The notes under the pieces were generated by a model. The model saw only the letters and a program-made list of their open reading frames with translations. It made no database searches and was not told the DNA's origin. A DNA stretch of 64,000 bases from positions 1,712 through 65,711 of the forward strand of contig CAYQWZ010000003.1 of NCBI GenBank assembly GCA_964421635.1. Reading direction: 5' to 3'. The stretch comes from an uncultured Candidatus Saccharibacteria bacterium. GTDB taxonomy: Bacteria > Patescibacteriota > UBA1384 > CAILIB01 > JAUSJZ01. Both the position numbers and the translations under genes were made by a program. Shown here piece after piece: positions 45,037 to 54,087 of this stretch (position 1 is its first letter; every line of letters starts with the position of its first letter).

Positions 45037-45165
45037 ATGCATAAAAGCCCAGGGGTAATGCGAGGATCTCGATGATTGGCAAACTCGCAAAAAGCGAGAT
45101 TGCAAAACTTCGGCATCCCCTCAATCAACCCCCAATATTGGGCGTTACTTACTTAAATTTTTAAT

Positions 45166-45600
45166 TTACTTTCTAAGCTTTAAATCTTTAACTAAAGCCT
45201 GATACTTAGCATCGTCACCGGCACGAAGGAAATTCATCAAACGGCGACGACGACCAACCATCTTTAACAACCCCTGTCTTGAGTCATGGTCTTTAGGATG
45301 ATCTTTTAAATGTTTGGCCAAATCGTTAATCTTGCCTGTTAAAAGAGCAATTTGGACATCGGTTGAGCCGGTGTCTTTATCGTGTGACTGAGAATCTTTA
45401 ACTAACTTGCGGCGGCCCTGTTTTAGCGGCTTTTCTACAGCCGGTTTTTTAGCAACTGCTTTTTTAACTTCGGCTTTTTTGATTTCTGTTTTTTTGGCGG
45501 CAACCTTTTTGGCAACAGCTTTTTTAGCTGGGGCCTTAGCGGTTTTTTTAGCCGGAGCTTTTTTAGCTACAGATTTCTTGGTTGTTTTTTTTGTAGGCAT
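45166..45600 (-). CDS. rpsO: 30S ribosomal protein S15 with a ~55-aa Lys/Ala-rich (histone-H1-like) N-terminal extension
   Basis: C-terminal 88 aa (TGSTDVQIALLTGKINDLAKHLKDHPKDHDSRQGLLKMVGRRRRLMNFL) are canonical S15. The N-terminal AKK/PAKK repeats are additional. Confidence 0.85.
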   Translation of the reverse strand: MPTKKTTKKSVAKKAPAKKTAKAPAKKAVAKKVAAKKTEIKKAEVKKAVAKKPAVEKPLKQGRRKLVKDSQSHDKDTGSTDVQIALLTGKINDLAKHLKDHPKDHDSRQGLLKMVGRRRRLMNFLRAGDDAKYQALVKDLKLRK

Positions 45601-45646
45601 AGTTTACAAAGGTGATAGTAACAAATAAAAGGCTCATTTGCAAGCC

Positions 45647-46969
45647 TTATTTATTTATACGCTCTCTTTGGGCGTTACGCAAGGTGTTAATTATTCTCTG
45701 TTCATATTCAGCTACATTAGCGTTAGGCACGAAAAAAGCCGCTGCTTGCTTGTGGCCGCCACCATTAAACAGTTTGGCTAAGCTTTCAACATCAAAGCCT
45801 GGTTTTATGCTGCGTAATGAGCCGTGTACGCCATCTTTTCGCTCACTTAGTAAAAGTACAAAATCGGTGTCAGCAGTGGTTTTTATTAGAGTGTCTATTA
45901 GGCCAGAGGTTTGTTCTTCATCTGCTTGAGAGGCGACAAAATCTTGTTTGCTCAAAGTGGCCCAAGCAAAGCGCAAAGGTTTGTCTTCTTTTAGATGAGC
46001 CAAAGCTTTACCCCAAAGACGCAACTTTGAAATTGGACGGGTATTAAAAACGCGATTAATAATGGTGGCGTGATCGGCGCCGGAGGCGTGCATTTGAGCA
46101 GCTACAGTTAAAGATTTTGGCGTAGTATTGCTGTTTTGGAAGCTGCCCGTATCTGTCATTAAGCCTGTTAATAAAGCAGTGGCCACATGTTTATCTATTA
46201 AGTTAACTGAACGGCCGTTAGTTTGGCCTAAAGCTTCAATAATTGAAACCATAATTTCAGCGGTGGCAGCTGCTTTATCTTCTGAAACATTGACTGTTCC
46301 GAATCTGTCATGATTCAGATGATGATCAATTGAAATTACATCGGTATTGTCGAACAAGTCTTGGTTATCTGTGCAAATGTCCCCAACCTGCTCAATGTTA
46401 GGGCAGTCAAGCACAATAATTAAATCGTAAGGATAATCTCCTTCTTTAAAACTAATATTTTCAGGTGTGAATTTGCCTTTTTCTGAAGTTAAAACTAAAG
46501 CGACTTTATTATCTTCTAGGCGGCGCACTTCAACATTTTTAGCCTTGGCCTCGTTCTCATCGAGCACAATCATAAATTCTGGCTGCGATTTAATCTCAGC
46601 TAAAACGCTGCTGAAGTTATTCAAGTAGTCGAATGTTTTATCTAGCTTGCCGCTTAAAGCCACAGTAGCGTGTTTGCCAATTCTATCTAATACATGTTGT
46701 AGAGCTAAACAGCTGCCCAAAGCGTCACCATCAGGATTTTGATGTGAGGTGATTAAAATTTTATCGGCTGCTTTAATTTTTTCAATTGCTTGCTGTTTCT
46801 GGTTGACTTTAGGAGCGCGAGGAATTTCTGGTGTATCCATCTGTTTATTAATGGCTTGTTCGTCATGCTCCCCATTTGCAAGCTGCTCCACCGAAGTTGG
46901 TGGAGTGACTGGCGCCGTTGTTTCGCCATGATTATTAATTGGCTCCTGAACAGGAGAACTTTCTGGCAT
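45647..46969 (-). CDS. nrnA: DHH-family phosphoesterase (NrnA-like oligoribonuclease / pAp phosphatase)
   Basis: DHH motifs (HQNPDGDALGS; IDHHLNHD) and DHHA1 motif (GGGHKQAAAF); about 60-aa N-terminal extension. Confidence 0.7.
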   Translation of the reverse strand: MPESSPVQEPINNHGETTAPVTPPTSVEQLANGEHDEQAINKQMDTPEIPRAPKVNQKQQAIEKIKAADKILITSHQNPDGDALGSCLALQHVLDRIGKHATVALSGKLDKTFDYLNNFSSVLAEIKSQPEFMIVLDENEAKAKNVEVRRLEDNKVALVLTSEKGKFTPENISFKEGDYPYDLIIVLDCPNIEQVGDICTDNQDLFDNTDVISIDHHLNHDRFGTVNVSEDKAAATAEIMVSIIEALGQTNGRSVNLIDKHVATALLTGLMTDTGSFQNSNTTPKSLTVAAQMHASGADHATIINRVFNTRPISKLRLWGKALAHLKEDKPLRFAWATLSKQDFVASQADEEQTSGLIDTLIKTTADTDFVLLLSERKDGVHGSLRSIKPGFDVESLAKLFNGGGHKQAAAFFVPNANVAEYEQRIINTLRNAQRERINK

Positions 46970-47038
46970 TATGTGTTAAGGCTAACAAAAAAAAGTCATC
47001 TTTGCAAGAAGCAAGGCTAGAAAAAGAATTTAGAAGGA

Positions 47039-47539
47039 TTAAGATTTAGGTCCTAAGATATATGCAGTGTGACGAGTGCCGCCGCAGCTACTATCATCGG
47101 CCTGGATAACAGTTTGATTAAGTGGGTGTTTGGTGCCGATTCGATCTAACTCCGCGCCGAACCAGAAGGCGTATTGACGACCACTACCCCAAGAAGTATT
47201 GGTTGGACTAGCATAAATATAACCGCTACAAATTGGTGGAGGAAAGGTAGCAGTGCCTGAAGAGGGTTTAGGATCAACTGGCAGTGTATTAATTAAGCCT
47301 TGGTTTTCTAAGATAGTTAATTGTGAGGTGCTATAATAATTACCATTATTGAGCGGATACGCATTATATATTCCGCGGTAACTCTCAACTGCAATAGCCA
47401 AGTTGCCAACATCTGTAATGCGAGCAGTGTCGCGACTAGTCTTTTGTTGCTGAGAAAACCCTAAAGTGGCTGCTACAGATAAAAGGGCAACAATAGATAG
47501 TGCCACTAAAATTTCAATTAAAGAGAATCCTTTTTTCAT
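47039..47539 (-). CDS. Type IV pilin-like protein (prepilin N-terminal cleavage/methylation domain)
   Basis: MKKGFSLIEILVALSIVALL class III signal peptide. Confidence 0.75.
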   Translation of the reverse strand: MKKGFSLIEILVALSIVALLSVAATLGFSQQQKTSRDTARITDVGNLAIAVESYRGIYNAYPLNNGNYYSTSQLTILENQGLINTLPVDPKPSSGTATFPPPICSGYIYASPTNTSWGSGRQYAFWFGAELDRIGTKHPLNQTVIQADDSSCGGTRHTAYILGPKS

Positions 47540-48082
47540 TTATTTTCTGTCTCCCCAAAGTATTCCTACCCAGCGAGAGCTGTTACATGCCGTATAGACG
47601 GGTCGATGAAAAACGGCATTATTATATGGGTGAGTATTAGTTGTCCCTTCTGGTCTAACTTCAGAGCCAAAAGCGATATAAAAAGTTCTGGTGCCAACTG
47701 TACTAGAACCAAAAACTTCGGAGGAAGAGGCAGAGTCATCATACTGATAATTAATGCAAAGAGGAGGACTGCTGACACCCCCAGGTAAAGGATCTCGGGG
47801 AATGTCATTGATAATGCCAGCAGTGACTAACGGAACGAGGGCGGTGTCAACAATAGTACCGGCACTTACAACGGGAATTTTTTTACCCATTGCCTCATAA
47901 CTACGCAAAGCGGTAGCCATTTCACTAACATCCTCTATTCTTTTTGTTTCTCTTCCACGCACTCTTTGACTGGAGTAACTCAAAGTGGCCGCCACGGCAA
48001 TTAAAGCCACAATGCCGACTGCTACGATAATTTCTATTAGGGAGAATCCGGGTTTTTTATCAATCTGGGTTTTCATTTTCAA
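47540..48082 (-). CDS. Type IV pilin-like protein
   Basis: KKPGFSLIEIIVAVGIVALIAVA prepilin motif. Confidence 0.75.
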   Translation of the reverse strand: MKMKTQIDKKPGFSLIEIIVAVGIVALIAVAATLSYSSQRVRGRETKRIEDVSEMATALRSYEAMGKKIPVVSAGTIVDTALVPLVTAGIINDIPRDPLPGGVSSPPLCINYQYDDSASSSEVFGSSTVGTRTFYIAFGSEVRPEGTTNTHPYNNAVFHRPVYTACNSSRWVGILWGDRK

Positions 48083-48554
48083 TATAATCTTTACTAATTA
48101 GGGTGAATGTTCTGCCATTGTTGGCGTTGCCTTCTTTCTTTTCTAATTTGACGGCCTGTATTAAATAGCCGCGTAGTTGGTCGTCTAGCTCAAAGCGGTA
48201 ATGATAATCAGTATTATTGATTGGGTCTTTGGGTAGGCTTGAGAGGTAATTTTGGGTTACTAAATCGCGAAGATCACTATTTGGTGCCCAGTCACTTAAA
48301 GCGGGGCTGGGAGGAGTTGCCCCCAAACTTGCTCCAATGCTAGTGTCTGCATACCAAGTTTCCTTTGGGGCATATTTACCGTTGTCTTCAAAATAAAATT
48401 CCAAGGCGTCGGAAATTTTCTTAACATCTTCAAAGCGGCGAGTATCACGAGCTGAACCTTGCTGAGAAGAATAGCCAACTACGGCGGCAGTAGCCAAAAG
48501 ACCAATAATGCCCATGACAATAATTATTTCAATTAAGCTGAATCCGTCTTTCAT
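48060..48554 (-). CDS. Type IV pilin-like protein
   Basis: MKDGFSLIEIIIVMGIIGLLATA prepilin motif. Confidence 0.75.
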   Translation of the reverse strand: MKDGFSLIEIIIVMGIIGLLATAAVVGYSSQQGSARDTRRFEDVKKISDALEFYFEDNGKYAPKETWYADTSIGASLGATPPSPALSDWAPNSDLRDLVTQNYLSSLPKDPINNTDYHYRFELDDQLRGYLIQAVKLEKKEGNANNGRTFTLISKDYIENENPD

Positions 48555-49090
48555 TATCTTTTTATTACCGTTTCTGGTGTACGAATAACTTTATTATATA
48601 TAACTTCTCCACTATACATAACTTCGTAGTTTGCATTTAGTTGATAGGTTTTATATCCGTTAATGTCATGACTTGTGCTTGTTTTGTAGTAATAATAGCT
48701 ATAAGCATATCCGGTGCCACTGAAGTGCACATCACCAACGCCATCATTTATGGGGTCTACTGGTATTTTGTCTGTGTATCCTTCATCAATTAAAAACTTT
48801 AAAAATTCAGGATTGGAAACTACCACACCGCCCGTTTGGCTTGAGTAATCCCAGCCTCCGTTGTCTATGGCACTATATTCAGCAGTAGTTTTAGGCTCAA
48901 TATTATCTGAAATATAGTCGGTTAGTACAATTTTAATTTGTGCCAGGTCGCTTATGCGACGAGTATCTCGAGCTTTAGCTTGTTGACGAGATAATCCAAT
49001 AATTGTGGCCACAGCCAAAATAGCGATAATGGCCATCACTACTAAAAGCTCGATGATGGTAAAACCTCGTTTTGCCCCTTTTGATTTCAT
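48554..49090 (-). CDS. Type IV pilin-like protein
   Basis: KRGFTIIELLVVMAIIAILAVA prepilin motif. Confidence 0.75.
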   Translation of the reverse strand: MKSKGAKRGFTIIELLVVMAIIAILAVATIIGLSRQQAKARDTRRISDLAQIKIVLTDYISDNIEPKTTAEYSAIDNGGWDYSSQTGGVVVSNPEFLKFLIDEGYTDKIPVDPINDGVGDVHFSGTGYAYSYYYYKTSTSHDINGYKTYQLNANYEVMYSGEVIYNKVIRTPETVIKR

Positions 49091-49122
49091 ATAAAAACCA
49101 CTACTTGTTCAGATTAAGGATA

Positions 49123-51897
49123 TCACATTTTAAGCCCTAACATGTTGGCGTCTATCACTAGCTTTTGCGATTTATCAATCTGCTGGCTTAATAGTAAATC
49201 GGCAATTTTTGTTTCTACATTATCGGCAATGGCGCGTTTTAGTGGGCGAGCACCGAATTTAGGATCAAATCCTACTTTAGAAACATAGGCAATAACATCG
49301 TTGGCGAAGATTGTCTCAACACCTTGCTCTTTGAGTTTCTTTGTTACAGCTGATAAAAGGATAATGGCTATTTTTTGTACATTCTCAAAGCTTAGCGGCT
49401 TAAAGACTACGGTGGCGTCGAAACGGTTAATAAATTCTGGGCGGAAGGCTTTAGTCAAAGCGGCGGTGGCCACTCGGTTTATTTCGTTTTGAGAGGCGCC
49501 GCCCTCAATAGTTTTGACCAAGTTGGCGGCGCCGGCATTAGAAGTAGCAATAATTATTGTGTTGGCGAAAGATACGGTACGACCCGTGTTTTCGGTTAGG
49601 CGACCATCATCTAGCATCTGCAAAAATAGATTTAGCACATCTGGATGAGCTTTTTCTATTTCGTCGAGCAAAATTATAGAGTACGGTTTTTCGCGGACAG
49701 CTTTGGTCAAAGAGCCGCCCTCTGTGAATTCTGATGCTGATGAAGCGGGAGCGCCAATTAAACGATAAATTGCTTTGTTGTCTTGATACTCTGACATATC
49801 GACGCGGACTATATTGTCGCGGCTTCCAAAGTAGCTGCCAGCTAAAGTGCGGGCAGTTTCCGTTTTTCCTACACCAGTTGGGCCGACGAACAAAAATGAG
49901 CCGATAGGTTTTTCTTCTTCTTTGAGGCCAGCTCGTGCTCGGCGCAAAGACTCTGCAATTTTATCGACTGCTTCATCTTGGCCGATCACTCGCTCTTTCA
50001 TCTTTTGGTCTAAATTAATTAGTCTGGCGCGTTCGTTTTCGGTCAGATCTTCAACGGGCACATTGCTGCGCTCAGACAATACTGCTTGTACATCGGCTTT
50101 GGTGACGAATTTCTTTTTCTCTTTGGAGGCTTGTTGGGCCGCATCAGATAAAACCTCAATTGCTTTGTCTGGTAAAACCTTATCAGGAATTAATTTGCGA
50201 GATAAAATTACAGCGGCCTCAATAGCCGGATATGTCAGAAGCACTTTATATTTAGTCTGAATAACAGGCGATTCTTCTTCCAAAATAGTGATGGCATCTT
50301 CGTCGCTGACCTCTTCAATTACTACCTTTTGAAAGCTATTAGAGAAAGAAGCGTTTGATTCAATGTAGCGATGATAGTCAGCAAAAGTGGAAGTACCAAT
50401 AATTTGTAGCTGAGCCGATTTGGCAGCTGCTTCTAGTAGGGCGGCGCCTGTTAATCCTCCATCTTTAGAAACCAAAGATTCAACATGGCCAATAAATAAA
50501 ATAACATTTCCGGCGGCCTTGACTTCCTGCAGTACCTTATCTAAGTTAGTTTTTTCACTCCGGCCGCCGCTGACTAAAGCTGACAAATCTAGCTCTATTA
50601 AGCGTTTATCTTTGAGCGGCTCTGGCACATTCTCTTCAACCATGTGAGCGGCCACAGCGCCAATAATTGAGGTCTTGCCAACTCCTGGCTCGCCAACAAT
50701 TAAAGCGTTATTCTTTTCGCCTGCAGCCAAAACGCGAATTACTTGATCTATCTCTTTGTCGCGGACTTTTACAATGGGCATATTTCCCAGCGCTGCCAAC
50801 TTAGTGAAGTCCCTGCTATAACTATCTAAAAATGGGGTAGGCAGCGCTGTCCAAGCGCGGTTCATATAGCCAGTCGGCCGAGTGCGGCCCCGTTCACGCC
50901 AGAACTGCCAACGACGGATGCTCTCTAACTCTTCGTTTAACCAAAAAGCAATTGATCTTACTTTTTCATACGGTAATCCTAGAGCGTCAAGTTCGTCTTT
51001 ATACGGCCCTTCAAAATTAGTCATAGCTAGCAGATAATCTTCTACATCTACATAATTGAATCCGTTTCTATAAGCTTCTATAAAAGCGTCCATAATTATC
51101 TCTCGCGTGCCGGGGCTAACAGTAACGCTGCGATTGCTTTTATCTGATTTTTGAATTTTACCCAAAACTGTTTTGCAGGTAGCCTGTGGGTCAAGCTCCA
51201 GCCGTTTTACAATTAAAGCTGTTTTGCCCGAGCATAAAAGGGAAGCCATAAAAATTTCGGGTGTCAGCTCTGAGCTTTTTAATCTTTCTGTCAAAATTAT
51301 GGCGTTATCGATAGCCATTAAGGCGGCTTTTGTAAAGTACGGAATTATGTCTATGGAGCCGTCTTCTTCTTGATGCCATTGCCGACGCTTTTTTTCATCC
51401 TTCTCTCGTAAGTCATCAAGCAGATGAGGCGGGGTAAAACTTTCAACGCGAAGAAAGACAGAAAATAGTGTCAGAAGAAGGATTGCCCAAAAAATAAAAT
51501 GATAAACATCTGTCGGCTTGGTGAAGCGCTCAATTAGACCAAGCTGCGAAGCGCTGGTGGTGCCCGTTTGGGCGAATCCTGACAATGCATCTGTTGTGAC
51601 TGTATCAGTACTGCTATATATATGGATTGCGGAGCTGGCCAAAAAAAGTAATCCTACAAAAACAAGCCACGGCTTTATCTTTGTCCATAATTGCTCGCGC
51701 GCAGTGGCATCGTAAGGAACATCGTTGGGCAGGTGAGCGACAAAAATATGATCGCCAATTTGTTTGGTGAAACCGTGTCCGCGACATTCCGGGCATTCCG
51801 TGCGAAACGAATTTTTATCTGTCAAAATGCCGTAGCCTTGACAGGTGGCGCAGGTTTTTGTGTTGGCAGAAAAGGTTGTTGTTTCTTCTTTAGCCAT
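49123..51897 (-). CDS. clpC: ClpC/ClpB-family AAA+ chaperone ATPase with an unusual N-terminal CxxCxGxG zinc-ribbon and TM segment
   Basis: Two AAA modules (GEPGVGKTSIIGAVA; FLFVGPTGVGKTETAR) and Clp_N-like repeats. N-terminus CATCQGYG...CPECRGHG (DnaJ-type zinc finger pattern) followed by the hydrophobic helix WLVFVGLLFLASSAIHIY. Confidence 0.8.
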   Translation of the reverse strand: MAKEETTTFSANTKTCATCQGYGILTDKNSFRTECPECRGHGFTKQIGDHIFVAHLPNDVPYDATAREQLWTKIKPWLVFVGLLFLASSAIHIYSSTDTVTTDALSGFAQTGTTSASQLGLIERFTKPTDVYHFIFWAILLLTLFSVFLRVESFTPPHLLDDLREKDEKKRRQWHQEEDGSIDIIPYFTKAALMAIDNAIILTERLKSSELTPEIFMASLLCSGKTALIVKRLELDPQATCKTVLGKIQKSDKSNRSVTVSPGTREIIMDAFIEAYRNGFNYVDVEDYLLAMTNFEGPYKDELDALGLPYEKVRSIAFWLNEELESIRRWQFWRERGRTRPTGYMNRAWTALPTPFLDSYSRDFTKLAALGNMPIVKVRDKEIDQVIRVLAAGEKNNALIVGEPGVGKTSIIGAVAAHMVEENVPEPLKDKRLIELDLSALVSGGRSEKTNLDKVLQEVKAAGNVILFIGHVESLVSKDGGLTGAALLEAAAKSAQLQIIGTSTFADYHRYIESNASFSNSFQKVVIEEVSDEDAITILEEESPVIQTKYKVLLTYPAIEAAVILSRKLIPDKVLPDKAIEVLSDAAQQASKEKKKFVTKADVQAVLSERSNVPVEDLTENERARLINLDQKMKERVIGQDEAVDKIAESLRRARAGLKEEEKPIGSFLFVGPTGVGKTETARTLAGSYFGSRDNIVRVDMSEYQDNKAIYRLIGAPASSASEFTEGGSLTKAVREKPYSIILLDEIEKAHPDVLNLFLQMLDDGRLTENTGRTVSFANTIIIATSNAGAANLVKTIEGGASQNEINRVATAALTKAFRPEFINRFDATVVFKPLSFENVQKIAIILLSAVTKKLKEQGVETIFANDVIAYVSKVGFDPKFGARPLKRAIADNVETKIADLLLSQQIDKSQKLVIDANMLGLKM

Positions 51898-52258
51898 TAA
51901 TGAAAATTAAGTTTCGACCAATTTGGTAAAGCAAATAGTAAGGCAAAATTAACCAAACAACAGCTACGATAGCGAAAAAGATGGCTACCACAATTTGTAC
52001 CGCAATTCCGGCAATTACGCGGATAACTCTAAACAAAAATCCTATTAGCCGACCTTCACGAGAGTAGTCTTGAAAAAGAGGCCTACCTAAATTTTTGAAG
52101 GTGGTAGTAACTGCAATCTGATTTTCAAAACTAGAAGCGGTGTTTTGCCACAGACGATAAACTGCCAAAGTGCCATCGTAGGTCAGCCAAACTAAAAAGT
52201 GACGGATTACATCTAAATACCGCCATATGAAAGACTGTTTGGCGTGTGGTCTAACCAT
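51890..52258 (-). CDS. Hypothetical membrane protein (122 aa)
   Basis: Two TM helices; 8-nt overlap with the clpC-like start. Confidence 0.45.
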   Translation of the reverse strand: MVRPHAKQSFIWRYLDVIRHFLVWLTYDGTLAVYRLWQNTASSFENQIAVTTTFKNLGRPLFQDYSREGRLIGFLFRVIRVIAGIAVQIVVAIFFAIVAVVWLILPYYLLYQIGRNLIFING

Positions 52259-52371
52259 GTCAATACTTATTGTATCAGGTTGGCATCTAATAAATTGTGT
52301 AAAATAAAATAGCTAAATAGTTGACTTTTATAGCCTAATATTAGTACTATTGATTTGGAAGGAGAACGCGC

Positions 52372-52602
52372 ATGTTCACAACGATATCGCTGGTTGCGTC
52401 GCTTATCATCGTTATTTTGGTCTTTGTTGGTAGCAGGGTTGAAAAAGAAATCAAAAAGATCAAAGATGAAGATATGCGTCATTTGGCAGAGGTTATGCAA
52501 GGACTTTGCTACAGCACGTCACTTTTCTTGGCGCTTTTGATGTTGAATCTCGGCTCTATTCTTCTCAAAATCCAAGCGGCTCTTGAAGCTCTGCCGCACT
52601 AG
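52372..52602 (+). CDS. Small hypothetical membrane protein (76 aa)
   Basis: GGAAGGAG SD; two TM helices; terminator downstream. Confidence 0.45.
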   Translation: MFTTISLVASLIIVILVFVGSRVEKEIKKIKDEDMRHLAEVMQGLCYSTSLFLALLMLNLGSILLKIQAALEALPH

Positions 52603-52630
52603 TCATCAGCCGTTCTCTTTCAACCCCCAA

Positions 52631-52657
52631 GTCGGTCAATTCTGGCCGATTTTTTTG
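52631..52657 (+). terminator. Intrinsic terminator (TCGGTCA-attc-TGGCCGA followed by ttttttt)
   Basis: Read directly. Confidence 0.5.
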
Positions 52658-52720
52658 TTATCTAAAAAAGCCACCCCGTAGGGCGACCTTGGTGAAGTGG
52701 AGTAGTAGAGGTAAGAAGGA

Positions 52721-53065
52721 TTAGGCCAATCCGGATAGTTTATCAAGATCTGCGCTGGCAGTGTCACATGGATCAGTCATTCGCGCTTGAGTTGATTCTT
52801 GATTGGTTTGGGCGTATTGGCTTAAAGGTACTTTTAGTATCCAGTGTTGGTTATTTCTAGTCGGGCGAAAAGACCAACGAAGGATTTGCTTTGAACGGAG
52901 TATACCGAACCTAAGGAGAAGCGCTAGTAGCAATAAATCCTTTCCAGTGACAAAGTTGAGCACATCGAGCTTTCTTAATCCGTAAATACCTATGAAAGCG
53001 GCGAAGAAGAGAGCAATGCTAGAGAAGACAGCTGCCTGTTCATCGAGCTCTTTTCCATAGCTCAT
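52721..53065 (-). CDS. Small hypothetical membrane protein (114 aa)
   Basis: Start at the internal ATG (MSYGKEL) preceded by AAGGAGG at 8-nt spacing. The longer track ORF 52721..53239 is rejected. Confidence 0.45.
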   Translation of the reverse strand: MSYGKELDEQAAVFSSIALFFAAFIGIYGLRKLDVLNFVTGKDLLLLALLLRFGILRSKQILRWSFRPTRNNQHWILKVPLSQYAQTNQESTQARMTDPCDTASADLDKLSGLA

Positions 53066-53169
53066 TGTCTGTATCCTCCTTGCTAATGACTCTATAGCGC
53101 CTAATGTTTTTGTCAATGTTTGACTTCTAGCAGATCCGAGTTTACAGTTAGGATTGAAAGAGGAGAAAG

Positions 53170-53571
53170 ATGATGATCGCAATACTTGAGGTGGCCCTAC
53201 GAGAAGATCTAGCTGAACTTTTTCAAATTCTAGAATCAATGGGTACGGTTGTCAATGTAGAAAGTGTGCGTGGTAGAACATTCTCTTATGAGTTTTTGGT
53301 AAGACAGCTTGGTGCCTTAGAACGACTGATTGAAGAATCAACTTTGATAGCTTCGGCGGTACTTCCTAGATTAGATAGTGATGCTCCGCCAAGATCTATG
53401 CGCGGTGGTGGCTATACGCGTTATTTGGAAGATTTAGATAATGATCCGGGGCGACAATATCGGCTGTCTGGCACACCGTCTGAAGCAGTAAGAAACCGTC
53501 GGTGGCTCGCAGATGTACTGGTGCCGCTTGCTTTAAGAGAACTCAGAGAGCGTCAGGAATCCCAACCGTAG
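53170..53571 (+). CDS. Hypothetical protein (133 aa)
   Basis: AAGAGGAG SD; divergent from 52721..53065; terminator downstream. Confidence 0.45.
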   Translation: MMIAILEVALREDLAELFQILESMGTVVNVESVRGRTFSYEFLVRQLGALERLIEESTLIASAVLPRLDSDAPPRSMRGGGYTRYLEDLDNDPGRQYRLSGTPSEAVRNRRWLADVLVPLALRELRERQESQP

Positions 53572-53591
53572 TCAGTGACTGCGGTTTTTTT
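53566..53591 (+). terminator. Intrinsic terminator (CCGTAGT-cagtg-ACTGCGG followed by ttttttt)
   Basis: Read directly; the stem includes one G-U wobble pair. Confidence 0.45.
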
Positions 53592-53805
53592 GTGCTAGGG
53601 GATCTGCTGCTTCGCAGCAGTAGTCATGAAATAAAAAAGTCCCAACTGGGACTAATCGTTCTAAATACTAATCATCGAAAATCATGTCACTTGCTTACTG
53701 ATTTTCGATTCCTACTGTCTGCCCTAAACAGTTCAGGAAGGATTATCTGAGATGTTGCGAAGCAATCATATCAGAATGACGCTCATGAATGTTTAATATC
53801 TTTTT

Positions 53806-53881
53806 GGTGGGTGCTAAGGGAGTCGAACCCCTGACCTTCTGGATGTAAACCAGACGCTCTAACCAGCTGAGCTAAGCACCC
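53806..53881 (-). tRNA. tRNA-Val (anticodon UAC)
   Basis: Manual fold: GGGTGCT...anticodon stem TCTGG/CCAGA, loop TTTACAT, T-loop TTCGACT, CCA encoded. Confidence 0.85.
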
Positions 53882-53890
53882 GAATTATTT

Positions 53891-53966
53891 TGGAGCCACT
53901 TGTCGGACTCGAACCGACGACCTTCACTTTACAAAAGTGCTGCTCTACCAACTGAGCTAAAGTGGC
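53891..53966 (-). tRNA. tRNA-Thr (anticodon UGU)
   Basis: Manual fold: GCCACTT...anticodon loop TTTGTAA (one mismatched closing pair), T-arm GTCGGTTCGAGTCCGAC, CCA encoded. Confidence 0.8.
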
Positions 53967-53969
53967 GGT

Positions 53970-54045
53970 TGGTGGCCGGACTCGGAGTTGAACCGAGGAC
54001 GCAGGGATTTTCAGTCCCTCGCTCTACCACCTGAGCTATCCGGCC
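53970..54045 (-). tRNA. tRNA-Phe (anticodon GAA)
   Basis: Manual fold: GGCCGGA...anticodon stem AGGGA/TCCCT, loop CTGAAAA, T-arm CTCGGTTCAACTCCGAG, CCA encoded. Confidence 0.85.
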
Positions 54046-54087
54046 TAACAGATTACAGACTACCAAAACTGCTAATTATTTCAACCC

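Noticed and set aside
53066-53239. N-terminal extension of the 52721 minus-strand ORF
   Set aside because: The internal ATG at 53065 is preceded by AAGGAGG at ideal spacing, and the extension would run through the divergent promoter region of gene 53170.
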